This document shows positions 20,601-27,201 of a stretch of 64,000 nucleotides of DNA, one piece after another (position 1 is the stretch's first letter; every line of letters starts with the position of its first letter). Under the pieces are notes generated by a model, which had not been told where the DNA came from, did no database searches, and worked only from the letters and a program-made list of their open reading frames with translations. A program made the position numbers and the translations under genes. The stretch comes from Candidatus Poribacteria bacterium. Lineage in GTDB: Bacteria > Poribacteria > WGA-4E > WGA-3G. Location of the stretch: NCBI GenBank assembly GCA_965197475.1, contig CBDANF010000003.1, positions 3,968,001 through 4,032,000 on the forward strand, written 5' to 3'.

Positions 20601-23104
20601 AAGCAACATCTGTTTTCACAATCAGACTACCTGTTCCGACCGTATCGCTTGCTTCACCTGTAGCAGGTGACACTTATGATCATACCTTCAGTCATATCTC
20701 AGGTATGTTTACCGGTGTAGCTCCTGTTGATGTTGACCTTATGGTTGGTCCAGAAGCTATTGATGATGCTAAAGTGTCTGTAGTAGGTAACCAGTTTACT
20801 TATACATCAGATAAGTTTGATGAAGGTACACACGAGGTATCTGTAAAGATCACGGATGCGAATGGTAAAACTGCCGAGACCTCAGCAGAGTTCTCAGTAG
20901 TCTATCCTGTTCCGACCGTATCGCTTGCTTCACCTGTAGCAGGTGACACTTATGATCATACCTTCAGTCATATCTCAGGTATGTTTACCGGTGTAGCTCC
21001 TGTTGATGTTGACCTTATGGTTGGTCCAGAAGCTATTGATGATGCTAAAGTGTCTGTAGTAGGTAACCAGTTTACTTATACATCAGATAAGTTTGATGAA
21101 GGTACACACGAGGTATCTGTAAAGATCACGGATGCGAATGGTAAAACTGCCGAGACCTCAGCAGAATTCTTAGTAGTTTACCCTGAACCGACTGTCACGC
21201 TTCTATCACCTACTGCTGGCCACACTTATGACAACGGTGCTCCGATTGTCAGTGGTGAATTTACTGGCGTTGGTGATGTTACAGTGAAACTTATCGTTGA
21301 TGACAGAGAAGTTGTTCCTAATGATGGCCCAGCAGATAATGGTTTCACCTATACACCTGATGACCCCCCGTTAGGCGATGGTAAACGCACGGTTGAGGTT
21401 GAAGTGACAGATGCTAATGGTAAATCAGCAATGACTTCTGCTGAATTCATTATCAATATACCAGGACCATCAGTTGCTATCCTTTCACCAGCACCAGGCC
21501 AAACTTACGGTGATGGCAAACCGGTTATCAGAGGTGAATTTTCTGGTATGACTGATGTTGAGGTGACAACATTTACTATCAACGGTGAAGATGCTCAGGT
21601 AGAGGTAGTAGAAGATAGCAATCAATTTGTTTATGCCCCTGCTGATGCATTGAGTACTGGTGAATACCATGTATTCGTTGAAGTTACTGATGAAAACGGT
21701 AAAAGAGCGCAGGCAAATGTCGTCTTCAATGTAAAGTTGGATTCAACGCCACCTGTCATTTCAGAAGTGTCTCCATCTGGCGTGGTTAAACTCAATAAGC
21801 AGGATGTCCTTGATGAAAAATTCGGGATAACGCTCGCCGCTGTTATCACTGATGAGCAGTCTGCGATATTGAGTGTGAAGTTCAGCATATATGACTTCGG
21901 TCAAGGCTTCAGTACTAAACAACCAACAAGACCGTATATCTCCGTACCTGCTCAAAATGCTGATAAGAAGGTTGAGCTTACAGATAGCTTTAAACCAGGT
22001 ACACATATCATAAGTCTGGAAGCTACCAGTCTGGGCGGCACAAGAGCATTCAGTTGGCGATTCACACTGGAGGTTGATGAGGCTGCACCGGTAATCTCTG
22101 CAATCACTCCATCTGGCACTATTCATGCTGGACTCCCGAATATTTCGGTGAGTGCTACCGATGAATCAGGTGTAGAAACAATCTCCATCGTCGTTATGGA
22201 TAGTAATGGCGAAGAGGTGAAGGGTGAAACCAAAGATGATGATGAAGATAGAACCAACGATGGTATTACACGTTTAGACTTCCATCCTGAAACACCACTC
22301 TCTGAGGGTACTTACTCGATTGAAGTTCGAGCGATTGATACATTCGGTAATTCTTCAACGGCGAAAGGCAGCTTTTCGGTTGACTTTGATACCGCTGCGC
22401 CTATCATCACATCGTCATCACCGCAGAACGGTGCACGGTTGATGATTAAGCACAATGAAGAATCCGTAAAACCAACCATTTCAATCACTTATGGTGATGC
22501 TGAAACTGGGGTCAATGTTGATTCGATCCGTCTTGTCCTTGAATCACCGATGGTACTGGATTCTGCTACAGGTAAAGCTAAGCCAGTTACGATTAACCTC
22601 ACTGATGAACAGATGTCAGCTACTCAGGTGATTTATACACCTTCTGATGGTTTTAATAAACCGGGGTTGTATACATATACAATAGAGGTATCAGACAATG
22701 CACATCAGCAAGGTAACGTCTCTGATGAGAGTGACGGTGCTCGCGAAGCAAACACTGCTGTATATCAGTTCAGTTTCTTTGTTGAAAAAGAAGAGGGTCC
22801 GATATTGGCGAAGCCGTTTAACTTCCCAAATCCGTTTGTGACAAACACGCGTATTTCCTTCGGACTTAACCGGATGTCCACAGTCACTATTGTTATTTAT
22901 GACAGTACACTCCGCCCAGTGCGGACACTGCGGGATAACGTGGTTATGTCTGCTGGAAATTACACTGGCGAGAATGGAATCGGTTGGGACGGAAAAACCA
23001 GTAGTGGCGAAGACTTAGCTCGCGGCATCTATATCTGCCAGATCATGGTAACAGGTGGTGTTGAGCCGGAATACGTCATACTTAAGCTCGCTCTGACGCG
23101 CTAA
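8663..23104 (+). CDS. Giant (~4813 aa) acidic surface protein with Ig-like repeats and C-terminal T9SS type A / FlgD-Ig-like domain
   Basis: RBS GAGGAGG, then signal peptide MKKRTLVCFLIF...VFG; Pro-rich linkers; many Big-like repeats (LxDGxYTL..TDANGxTA); C-terminal FPNPF...IYD...VRTL...WDGK...G..LARGIY. Confidence 0.9.
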   Translation: MKKRTLVCFLIFTLCVFYSSIPDTVFGQDADPTPEELAQQVYDEYSATLTDDTVIQGDVTIRSLVIGVLTSLSDPAVLENPLLDQFGGFEGALDTVLANPSLIGFALPSLSDQDKANYQSLLSMEAIQKMLKDSTVRTLIQNAEAVKVLLAKIEADPPVDPPDPPVVDPAPPTLEITTSPPVAEQSGSFNVVFATTDVNGDPVTVTGSISVDPVDAAKYYSIPSGTLTGSVRVTQAAPTTEMPTIPGATVTLTLTANDGTADSSPATFVLTFAIREKPPDKPVKPVVDPFAPIASPDGELRLGGLSLNRIGGRRFVAQLIEQALPSGLPLEGDALVDPLVDFILAQVPQGILPKKQIKNNLFSQQPLPIFAKEAAQLDHENFGNAITPDYLGELIYLNVPNETKYLTRDSLNVYARYPSADIGGVRFSLTDGRTVEGQKVTKEVLHADTILYTFRLEETLAATNLPAWPALGEGAQLFSSVVLRYAKTLEELKDLPSAENMTAIRQEDGSFVWETRDVRITPGNTFYYFEVVLTEPVTLEILDLQALDEAFSKPGQIAVGTKTHTITGWAMPDPRNIQLRDHGIFEALFTDAIRTEIGKVATSSDVVALGLKAVGGEVVTGKEIQEAIPAQQLRNLQRLLLSSVDALITDLQLTFDPMLASAFTLYDVDLETDSIWVANFDGLAEETYFLEALAYDSEGNPLDQIQEDFTVDTSAPTAGIKVTSGNNVSAYEDGDVFVVTAPEPGAATLSITATPEKLYELGVDKGYLILQMIKLDEHGNPHPEGTWLPLGIESMMLASDIWDEVKGQLEGHPNPDVDYLSTQSVSDILGILNLLTLDAIQNSDQIPLLAGILKSADAFFKTFGIKPTPEQYIELRDLIGAVVDDINLVPLIFDETQVTMTIPIQGENMDLLVGDYGIRAMGIDNLFNVGSYEPPAMRIKIVPPEFDTAEVTAVSIGDFNDDGDPVPDTPHKTGTIYSNTLDDVTLTVHVTERTEHPATAMVQYMDANGDWQDIGGLDLADTQAGSTLPIKWENLTAEVFDDLIMAGDTVRVRAEATNELTEGLTPPDAPVEFEIKLDAGLHPPEVLAIMVDPMSITKTNPDSGAPQGTIVINGYTPELTGPETESVRFEAKRPEDEDWEVIGETTEGLDFTVEADDLENPIGPPDTYHQWSITVDTATLNEGDGDTITKDSPGARQDYIFNEITNRYEVVDGYVVVDDNKYEVRAVAISMDKLEWSSDARTNFSVDNVDDVAPRGLTHVSVTNLKAFSDSDKVFIDRPVEVAEDGSYTVGGLVDRHDAAVDSPVVTFTIKPQAPLGTYELVKLVTPDFPENTVRVEVTPADEEGVFEVAIFDIGTLTDDDELADNDEYVKNGPYMFHALAFDEFGNVQEDLSATDGTLITVNVANTRRPAPGALAITIDPDKDIGPNPDSGGYRGVITFNGYTPNPTSAPTQKIRFEVKRPGEEEWTLVRIDAGQDKRQDAVEVELEPILPGIDIAKTKDMEHPYPVAWPEMYYRWSVDFDTTFLTDTITADSPAARDHTKDENAYMVRAAAIDGVERYVEGVIADLSIDNIDDVAPLGPTHIVINSIDDVNAVDPVFMKDDDGNYTVGGLVDKHDDAVNSPVITLTITPTAERKTYDNVRLISTLEGTLISEPMETVVATETADGSGIFEVTVDIGTLIDNETYLANGPYMFHALVSDENHPFHPEIENVQEDMSDTDGSKITVNVANNRRPAPGVLALTVDPAMVTNPDSEAPQGTITINGYTPDPTSAPMMQVQFEVKRDTDAEWISVGTAEMSEAAVEAELMPIVADIDAAKAKDMVHPYPVTWPEAYHRWSIEVDTTTLEDSINKDNPGARDVSLDDNPYMVRATAVATDGVEHSVEGVTAMFSVDNDDDVAPLGPTNVVATSIDAVNLVFMDNGDGTYTVGGLVDKYDPEVNSPVVTFTITPTAVRKTYASVKLLTTLPEGAIIGDITETAEGSGVFTITVDVGTLMDDDDFVYNNRYIEDSYFENPEELVYNPKGEVFTFQLHALAYDKAMSYDDVTAADAMFLEYGNIQADDYDGDEITVNVENTYRPDPGVMAIGVVNSDGMVNPDSGAPQGELTFNVYTYYLTSPPTEGIRVEVKRPIDDTWERITGTAVDPVPVDVSDVPGIGDLADITGGLVGITEVGTVSGEESEVEIPTRYMKWTFIVDTRELALEDTVTPENTIKLDDTINRGDGDPERDAALDANQYEVRAWSLTPKNKNLDQPEYPQRDGVEASFSLDNKDDVPPLGPTNITDIADVAGSIAANEDGSVTVGGIVDLTVPSPIAIFTIEPTADPITYVGGKTVLVQTAPDGTVTETDGSLEVGSIEIDVGLLANGTYMYHALVVDEFGNVQVQGELDRPSPVITVNIVNFRVSDITDLTVTAVDGESPDRHLLQETIGELQGRFPLKESIALSFNVNSGSLAVEELIGVLIDGQPVTYAAGSDVENAFSLMASELSAVVDGWYTPHGQVTKRNGSVTFPLATINLDNTGPMIAIETPVEGATVNDLPTLLAGFGDGDLGSGVSDGSGVSMKDTAAVLLARLRPEEVVQDAVPVDVDQSMVEQDLDSVVYTRTDRLAGGAYMFTIQVSDILGNIGEQSVSFAVEGINPTVVITAPASGQTLDHSTEEITGFFAGGGDVEITKFTINGEPVDVVESDNEFTYTLPEKDKDADGVLEDGEYTVAVEVTDGSGLTAETSLTFTVELPVPTVAIHSPHAAQVYDNGTPIIAGDFSGAAPIVVTLSIDGEAVEPVVNDNNQFTYTPTEELSNGPHTVVAVVTDDNGRTAETSTDFMIDIPGPTVMIHVPDAGQMYDISRPTIVGEYSGVAAPVSLSLTLEGEVVPVNDKGKEFDYTPVGALDDGEYTLVAKVTDANGKTAEATAIFTIRLPVPTVAIHSPHAAQVYDNGTPIIAGDFSGAAPIAVALSIDGEAVEAVVNDKNNQFTFTPTEELSDGPHTVVAVVTDANGRTAKTSTDFMIDIPGPTVMIHVPDAGQMYDISRPVIQGEYSGVAMPVELSLTLDSEAVPVNDKGKEFDYTPVDALDDGRYTLVATATDANGKTAEATAIFSIRLPVPTVVIHSPHAAQVYDNGKPIIAGDFSGAEPITVTLSIDEILVEPVVNDNNQFTYTPAGALSDGKHQVVAEVMDANGRTAKTTTDFTVDIPGPTVAILTPAAGQEYEHGKPVVRGEFGGETDLEFTLTLEGEVVPATVVDNTFDYTPDPSLDDGEYTLIAKVTDANGKSMDATVIFSVKLPVPTVAILTPAAGQILDHGQPVITGDFSGADPIAVTLSIDGTAVIADVNENNEFTYTPAVALSDGEHMIAVKVTDANGRTAETSAVFTVDIPGPSVALHAVEMYDISMPVITGDFSGVATPVSLSLTLDGETVSATESENTFEFTPADALDDGEYTLVAVATDANGKTAKATSVFTIRLPVPTATITTPAAGQVYDHGMPIITGTFSGADPVKVIVSIDGEVVPAEVSGNDFTYTPTDALSHGGYTVKVVVTDANGNMEEASADFEVDIPGPSVALHAVEMYDISMPVITGDFSGVATPVSLSLTLDGETVSATESENTFEFTPADALDDGEYTLVAVATDANGKTAKATSVFTIRLPVPTATITTPAAGQVYDHGMPIITGTFSGADPVKVIVSIDGEVVPAEVSGNDFTYTPTDALSHGGYTVKVVVTDANGNMEEASADFEVDIPGPSVALHAVEMYDISMPVITGDFSGVATPVSLSLTLDGETVSATENENTFEFTPADALDDGEYTLVAVATDANGKTAKATSVFTIRLLVPTATITTPAAGQVYDHGMPIITGTFSGADPVKVIVSIDGEVVPAEVSGNDFTYTPTDALSHGGYTVKVVVTDANGNMEEASADFEVDIPGPSVALHAVEMYDISMPVITGDFSGVATPVSLSLTLDGETVSATENENTFEFTPADALDDGEYTLVAVATDANGKTAKATSVFTIRLPVPTVSLASPVAGDTYDHTFSHISGMFTGVAPVDVDLMVGPEAIDDAKVSVVGNQFTYTSDKFDEGTHEVSVKITDANGKTAETSAEFSVVYPVPTVSLASPVAGDTYDHTFSHISGMFTGVAPVDVDLMVGPEAIDDAKVSVVGNQFTYTSDKFDEGTHEVSVKITDANGKTAETSAEFLVVYPEPTVTLLSPTAGHTYDNGAPIVSGEFTGVGDVTVKLIVDDREVVPNDGPADNGFTYTPDDPPLGDGKRTVEVEVTDANGKSAMTSAEFIINIPGPSVAILSPAPGQTYGDGKPVIRGEFSGMTDVEVTTFTINGEDAQVEVVEDSNQFVYAPADALSTGEYHVFVEVTDENGKRAQANVVFNVKLDSTPPVISEVSPSGVVKLNKQDVLDEKFGITLAAVITDEQSAILSVKFSIYDFGQGFSTKQPTRPYISVPAQNADKKVELTDSFKPGTHIISLEATSLGGTRAFSWRFTLEVDEAAPVISAITPSGTIHAGLPNISVSATDESGVETISIVVMDSNGEEVKGETKDDDEDRTNDGITRLDFHPETPLSEGTYSIEVRAIDTFGNSSTAKGSFSVDFDTAAPIITSSSPQNGARLMIKHNEESVKPTISITYGDAETGVNVDSIRLVLESPMVLDSATGKAKPVTINLTDEQMSATQVIYTPSDGFNKPGLYTYTIEVSDNAHQQGNVSDESDGAREANTAVYQFSFFVEKEEGPILAKPFNFPNPFVTNTRISFGLNRMSTVTIVIYDSTLRPVRTLRDNVVMSAGNYTGENGIGWDGKTSSGEDLARGIYICQIMVTGGVEPEYVILKLALTR
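16850..18240 (+). repeat. Diverged intragenic tandem repeat, 546/549-bp period (two Ig domains per unit)
   Basis: Unit starts at 16850, 17396 and 17945 (LPVPTV.IHSPHAAQVYDNG). Confidence 0.85.
18758..20640 (+). repeat. Near-perfect intragenic tandem repeat, 534-bp unit x ~3.5
   Basis: Unit starts at 18758, 19292, 19826 and 20360; only a couple of SNPs seen (ESEN/ENEN, RLP/RLL). Confidence 0.95.
20630..21165 (+). repeat. Intragenic tandem duplication, 276-bp unit x 2
   Basis: Units start at 20630 and 20906 (PVPTVSLASPVAGDTYDH). Confidence 0.93.
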
Positions 23105-23122
23105 GTAAACAGTAGTCCACAT

Positions 23123-23153
23123 ATCGGAATTGGGTATTGTTCCCAATTCCGAT
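23123..23153 (+). promoter_or_regulatory. Intergenic perfect 12-bp stem-loop without U-tract
   Basis: ATCGGAATTGGG-tattgtt-CCCAATTCCGAT. Confidence 0.7.
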
Positions 23154-23178
23154 GGTGAGGCTACGAAGGAGGATATAA

Positions 23179-24204
23179 ATGTCTATCACAAAGCAAAAAT
23201 TGCTATGCGGTTTAATACCCGTTTTATTTCTTATCCTAGCTGTGTCGCCTGTCTGTTTTGCTGAGGGCGAGGTCAACGCTATGCCTCATTTACGTCTGGG
23301 TGCAGGTGCCCGTTCAATCGGTTTAGGCGGTGCTTTCACAGCAATTGCAGAAGATGCAACAGCCACTGTCTGGAATCCAGCAGGACTCGGTTCAGCGGCA
23401 GACCTAAGTCTCAATTTCTCTACACAGAGACTATCACTTGATAGAAGTCATAATTTCATCGCCATAACAAAAACACTTGGATCTTATGGATCTATCGGGT
23501 TAGCCGCTACAAATTTCGGTGTGTCTGATTATAATATATATGACGCATCAGGTGATTACGGTGGTAAAGCTGATTATAGTTCAAACGCTTATTCCCTCTC
23601 TTACGGTATTACCTTCGGACACTTCAATATCGGTCTAACTGGTCGAATGTTGTCGGACAATTTCGGTGTAGATAGCGTTGAAAACCAGAGTGGTTTCGGT
23701 GGCGTAGATATCGGGTTGATGGGACATGCCTTGCCTATTGATGTCAGCGAAAGAATGATGGGACAAGCACTTCACGTGCATGGCGAAGCACAAGATGGAA
23801 ATGTACACGTTCCCACATTCCATTACGGTATTGTCGCTAAATACCTCGGTGCTTCCCTTGGTGAAGCCACTGTGCCTATGGTCGTTGATGTTGGTGTAGC
23901 TTATGATCTCTATATGGGCAATGTCGTTACATTTGCAGCAGATATTGAGCAAGAGTTCGTCAACCTTGATGAGAGTGCTTTTAGCCTCCGTGGCGGTGTT
24001 GAATATACGATTTTCACTAACAGATCGACCGAATTTGCGCTACGCGCAGGCATGAGGGCATCACGTGATGTCCGTAACCTTTTTGGTGGATTTGGCGTGA
24101 ACATTGCCGGACTACAGCTTGACTACGCTATTCAAGATGGTATGGCAAGTGAAATTAATGGAGCAGGAAGCACACATTTTGTTTCCGTCTCCTATGAATT
24201 TTAG
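23179..24204 (+). CDS. PorV/PorQ-family (FadL-like) outer-membrane beta-barrel
   Basis: Signal peptide; GAGARSIGLGGAFTAIAEDATATVWNPAGL; C-terminal beta-signal SVSYEF. Confidence 0.85.
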   Translation: MSITKQKLLCGLIPVLFLILAVSPVCFAEGEVNAMPHLRLGAGARSIGLGGAFTAIAEDATATVWNPAGLGSAADLSLNFSTQRLSLDRSHNFIAITKTLGSYGSIGLAATNFGVSDYNIYDASGDYGGKADYSSNAYSLSYGITFGHFNIGLTGRMLSDNFGVDSVENQSGFGGVDIGLMGHALPIDVSERMMGQALHVHGEAQDGNVHVPTFHYGIVAKYLGASLGEATVPMVVDVGVAYDLYMGNVVTFAADIEQEFVNLDESAFSLRGGVEYTIFTNRSTEFALRAGMRASRDVRNLFGGFGVNIAGLQLDYAIQDGMASEINGAGSTHFVSVSYEF

Positions 24205-24224
24205 CACCTAACAGGAGAATACTG

Positions 24225-25088
24225 ATGAAAATGATAATATCCACGCTAAAATTAGCAATGATTCTCTATATCTGCGCTGCACTCGGTGGTGTATATGTTT
24301 TATCCGCCTCGGCGCGAATCACCCCGAAAGAGGGCAATGATGAGACTACGCTAATCACCATTGAGAAAGGTGATACCCTTTGGGATCTCTGCCAGAAACA
24401 TTTGAAAGACCCTCTCCGATGGAGAGAGCTTAGTAAATATAACGATTTTTCCGACCCTGATTGGATCTATCCTGGCGAAAAATTGCGTATCCCTGTAGCA
24501 ATGATGCCGCCGATAGTTAAAAAAGTTGAGGGTGATGTTGCAAAACTAAAGGCAGAGTTAGAGAAATTACGTGCTGAACTCGAAGAATCTGAAGCAACAC
24601 GGGAAAAATTGATGGGCGAAATTAAGGGTGTGAATGAGAGTGCTGCTACGCTCCAGAAACAAATTAAAGCACTTGAAGACAGTCTAAAATCCCAAGAAAA
24701 ACTGATTGAAACAGTCAAGAAATCTGGTACTGACGCAGCTACCGATGTGAAAAAACTTGTCAGATCTAGCAGAAATGCTATCCAAAAACAATTGGACGAA
24801 CTGAAAGGTCTCCTTGATTCTTCAAATGAGATGCACGCTGCTCTCCAAAAGGATTTAAAAGCAATGCAAGAAAGCATCAAAAGTTTTGAAGGGGACGTGA
24901 AAAATGTTTTGACACAGATTGAAACAAATCAGAAGGGTATCAGTGAACTGAAAATGATGATAGCGGATGCGAAAGGTGTGCATGAAGAGGTTTCCACAGC
25001 CAAACGCGCCCTCGTTTTTATCACAACAGTCGCAGCTGGTATCGGATGGTTTGCTATTAATGCAATCGGTGGACGTAGTGGTGAGTAA
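24225..25088 (+). CDS. LysM peptidoglycan-binding protein with long coiled coil and C-terminal TM anchor
   Basis: Signal peptide; IEKGDTLWDL...DPDWIYPGEKLRIP; heptad-rich helix; terminal ALVFITTVAAGIGWFAI. Confidence 0.85.
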   Translation: MKMIISTLKLAMILYICAALGGVYVLSASARITPKEGNDETTLITIEKGDTLWDLCQKHLKDPLRWRELSKYNDFSDPDWIYPGEKLRIPVAMMPPIVKKVEGDVAKLKAELEKLRAELEESEATREKLMGEIKGVNESAATLQKQIKALEDSLKSQEKLIETVKKSGTDAATDVKKLVRSSRNAIQKQLDELKGLLDSSNEMHAALQKDLKAMQESIKSFEGDVKNVLTQIETNQKGISELKMMIADAKGVHEEVSTAKRALVFITTVAAGIGWFAINAIGGRSGE

Positions 25089-25110
25089 CTAAATTGACAT
25101 GTTCATTTAT

Positions 25111-25149
25111 GCAGGGCAGGTGTCCATAAAACACCTCCCTGCTTTTTTT
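25111..25149 (+). terminator. Rho-independent terminator
   Basis: GCAGGG-c-AGGTGT/ACACCT-CCCTGC stem followed by T7. Confidence 0.8.
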
Positions 25150-25165
25150 ATAGCAGACAGGCAAT

Positions 25166-25777
25166 ATGCCATCACTCAATTTTAATTATCAACACCTTCT
25201 GTTTGAAAAGACAATTCAGCTCTACGGGGACAGAACCGGTGGACAAGGAAATTTTGAATTCGCCGGGTTCGCTAAACTCCATGAGATAAAAGTTGTTTTG
25301 TTACATGGGAATGCCCAAAGTCTTGAACAACCTTCCGATTGGAGACGCTTCCTTCGGTTAACCGACCTTGCACAACGCCTTAATAAGCCTATAGTTTTGT
25401 GGAACTTACCTCTTATACGGAGTGCTACAATACAACATCCTGCTTCTTTAGCTTTAGCCACTGCGATTCAGAACACAAAATTGCAATTGCTAAAACTAAC
25501 AGAGCCTATAATTACAGTCTTTGATGAAACTTACGAGTGGAGTGCCGCCATACAAGAGATAGGATGGATGGGTGGGTACGTTATATTGAAACCTGAAAAG
25601 GAAGAGTTTCCAACATTGTCGGGTTTGAAACGACAGAACCTAAAATTTGTTGGTGAACAGACAGATATTCCTAAGCAAATTTTGGAACTATTACACGAAA
25701 TATCGCAGATAAGCAGAGAAGAATTAGTTGCTAATCGATTAAAATCTTTTCACCTTCCCACAGAAAATCAACGTTAG
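25166..25777 (+). CDS. Degenerate acetyl-CoA carboxylase carboxyltransferase alpha (AccA)-like protein
   Basis: QLYGDR, AGFAKL, RRFLRLTDLAQRLNKPIV, LLKLTEPIITV and SREELVANRL are collinear with AccA; catalytic Gly motifs are absent. Confidence 0.6.
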   Translation: MPSLNFNYQHLLFEKTIQLYGDRTGGQGNFEFAGFAKLHEIKVVLLHGNAQSLEQPSDWRRFLRLTDLAQRLNKPIVLWNLPLIRSATIQHPASLALATAIQNTKLQLLKLTEPIITVFDETYEWSAAIQEIGWMGGYVILKPEKEEFPTLSGLKRQNLKFVGEQTDIPKQILELLHEISQISREELVANRLKSFHLPTENQR

Positions 25778-25844
25778 ACTAATTCACCATTCCACTGGAT
25801 AGGTAGTCTTACGTCCTACATCAAGTCCTTAAACAACCTACAAT

Positions 25845-26657
25845 CTAAAACGTTTCCCACAAGAGGTTTATTACAGAGGCAATCACAACGACAACTAATA
25901 CCACTTTAATCCATTTGTCACCCATCTTTACTGCCAAATGGCTGCCAATCCATGCTCCAGTGGCATTTCCAACGGCTAACGTTGGACCTAAAATCCAATT
26001 GACTTGTCCCTTCATAACAAAGATACCGAGTGCGATGATTGTATAAAAAAAAATTATAAACACCTTGAGCGCGTTGGTAATGACCAGATCGCCACCATCA
26101 AGAATCCGCAAGGTTGCTATAACCAGTAAGCCAACACCTGCCTGAATAAACCCTCCATAAATTCCTACAAAAAAGAGAGCAATGGTAGTGATGATTTTAT
26201 ACTGTGTCTCACTCGGGTTTATTTTTTGGTGCAGCCATTCGGTCGGATTAAACAAAGTTAAAAGGAGCATCGTAACCATGACAATAGCAAGAACTGGCTT
26301 GAATACCTCATCAGAAGTTAAAGTTGCGATGTATGCCCCTATACCCGCACCAGCAACTGCTGGGATTGTAAGATTAATAGCGTGCCGGAAATTTGAAATG
26401 CCTTTGCGGTGAAACCCTAAAATTGCACTAAAGTTTTGAAAGAGGATCGCTACCCTATTTGTTCCATTGGCTATGTTTGTCACGTTAGTGCCTGCAGGGA
26501 GGTTCGGCACATCAATAGCAAAAGGTATTATCTTCACTAAGGCAAAGAGTGTTAACATTGAACCGCCGAAAGCAATAGTGTTGACAAAACCTGCAAACAT
26601 CCCTGCGCCTATAAGCAGAATAATGTGCAAAATATCAATTTCCATCAATGTCTCCAT
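25845..26657 (-). CDS. Sulfite exporter TauE/SafE family membrane protein
   Basis: AGFVNTIAFGGS, ANGTNR, GIYGGFIQAGVG motifs. Confidence 0.88.
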   Translation of the reverse strand: METLMEIDILHIILLIGAGMFAGFVNTIAFGGSMLTLFALVKIIPFAIDVPNLPAGTNVTNIANGTNRVAILFQNFSAILGFHRKGISNFRHAINLTIPAVAGAGIGAYIATLTSDEVFKPVLAIVMVTMLLLTLFNPTEWLHQKINPSETQYKIITTIALFFVGIYGGFIQAGVGLLVIATLRILDGGDLVITNALKVFIIFFYTIIALGIFVMKGQVNWILGPTLAVGNATGAWIGSHLAVKMGDKWIKVVLVVVVIASVINLLWETF

Positions 26658-26931
26658 CTCTTTGTGGTGTTTTGCGTGAAACCTGCTGCTGATATTTGGC
26701 TATTCCAATCAATAAAAAAGCAACGAGGTTACCTAAGACAATTGCACTGATGAACCCTGTGATCGCTAAAAACCCTAAGGTCTGAAAAATGCCATCCCCA
26801 AATGGACATTGCCACTCATGGGTCAGCATCCCTATGCCAGGAATTACCGTTCCAAGTACAAATCCTATGCAGCCAGCGACACCAGCGATATTTTGATACC
26901 TTTTGAATCCTGATAGTTGAACTTCAGACAT
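26635..26931 (-). CDS. Hypothetical 2-TM membrane protein
   Basis: RBS AAGGA; two hydrophobic helices; overlaps the TauE gene start. Confidence 0.6.
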   Translation of the reverse strand: MSEVQLSGFKRYQNIAGVAGCIGFVLGTVIPGIGMLTHEWQCPFGDGIFQTLGFLAITGFISAIVLGNLVAFLLIGIAKYQQQVSRKTPQRDGDIDGN

Positions 26932-27098
26932 GTGTATCCTTTCTAAATGCTATTCGCGTAGTCAAACTGTGCAGCGCACCAAAAGTCTTCTACAGAATTG
27001 ATGCAAATTAATGTATTAAAAACTTCCGACCAATAGATACTTTACAAAAGAAGATTACCATTCCTGACACAATAAGTCAATTCATTTTCTGTTATGCA

Positions 27099-27140
27099 AA
27101 TAAAATTGGTGGTGCGTGTCTGTAAACACACACCACCAAA
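27099..27140 (-). terminator. Probable terminator downstream of the methionine synthase II gene
   Basis: TTGGTGGTGcGTGT/ACACACACCACCAA stem; T-tract on minus strand. Confidence 0.6.
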
Positions 27141-27201
27141 ACACTTGTTTAAAAAGCACTCTTATTACTTAGAAATTGTGTTCTCTTATTCCAATTTCTT
27201 A

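Noticed and set aside
18655-20673. Repeated antisense ORFs within the giant gene
   Set aside because: Shadow frames produced by the tandem repeat and codon bias
16850-21165. Diversity-generating retroelement template/variable repeats
   Set aside because: No reverse transcriptase; repeats are in-frame tandem domains without adenine-specific variation
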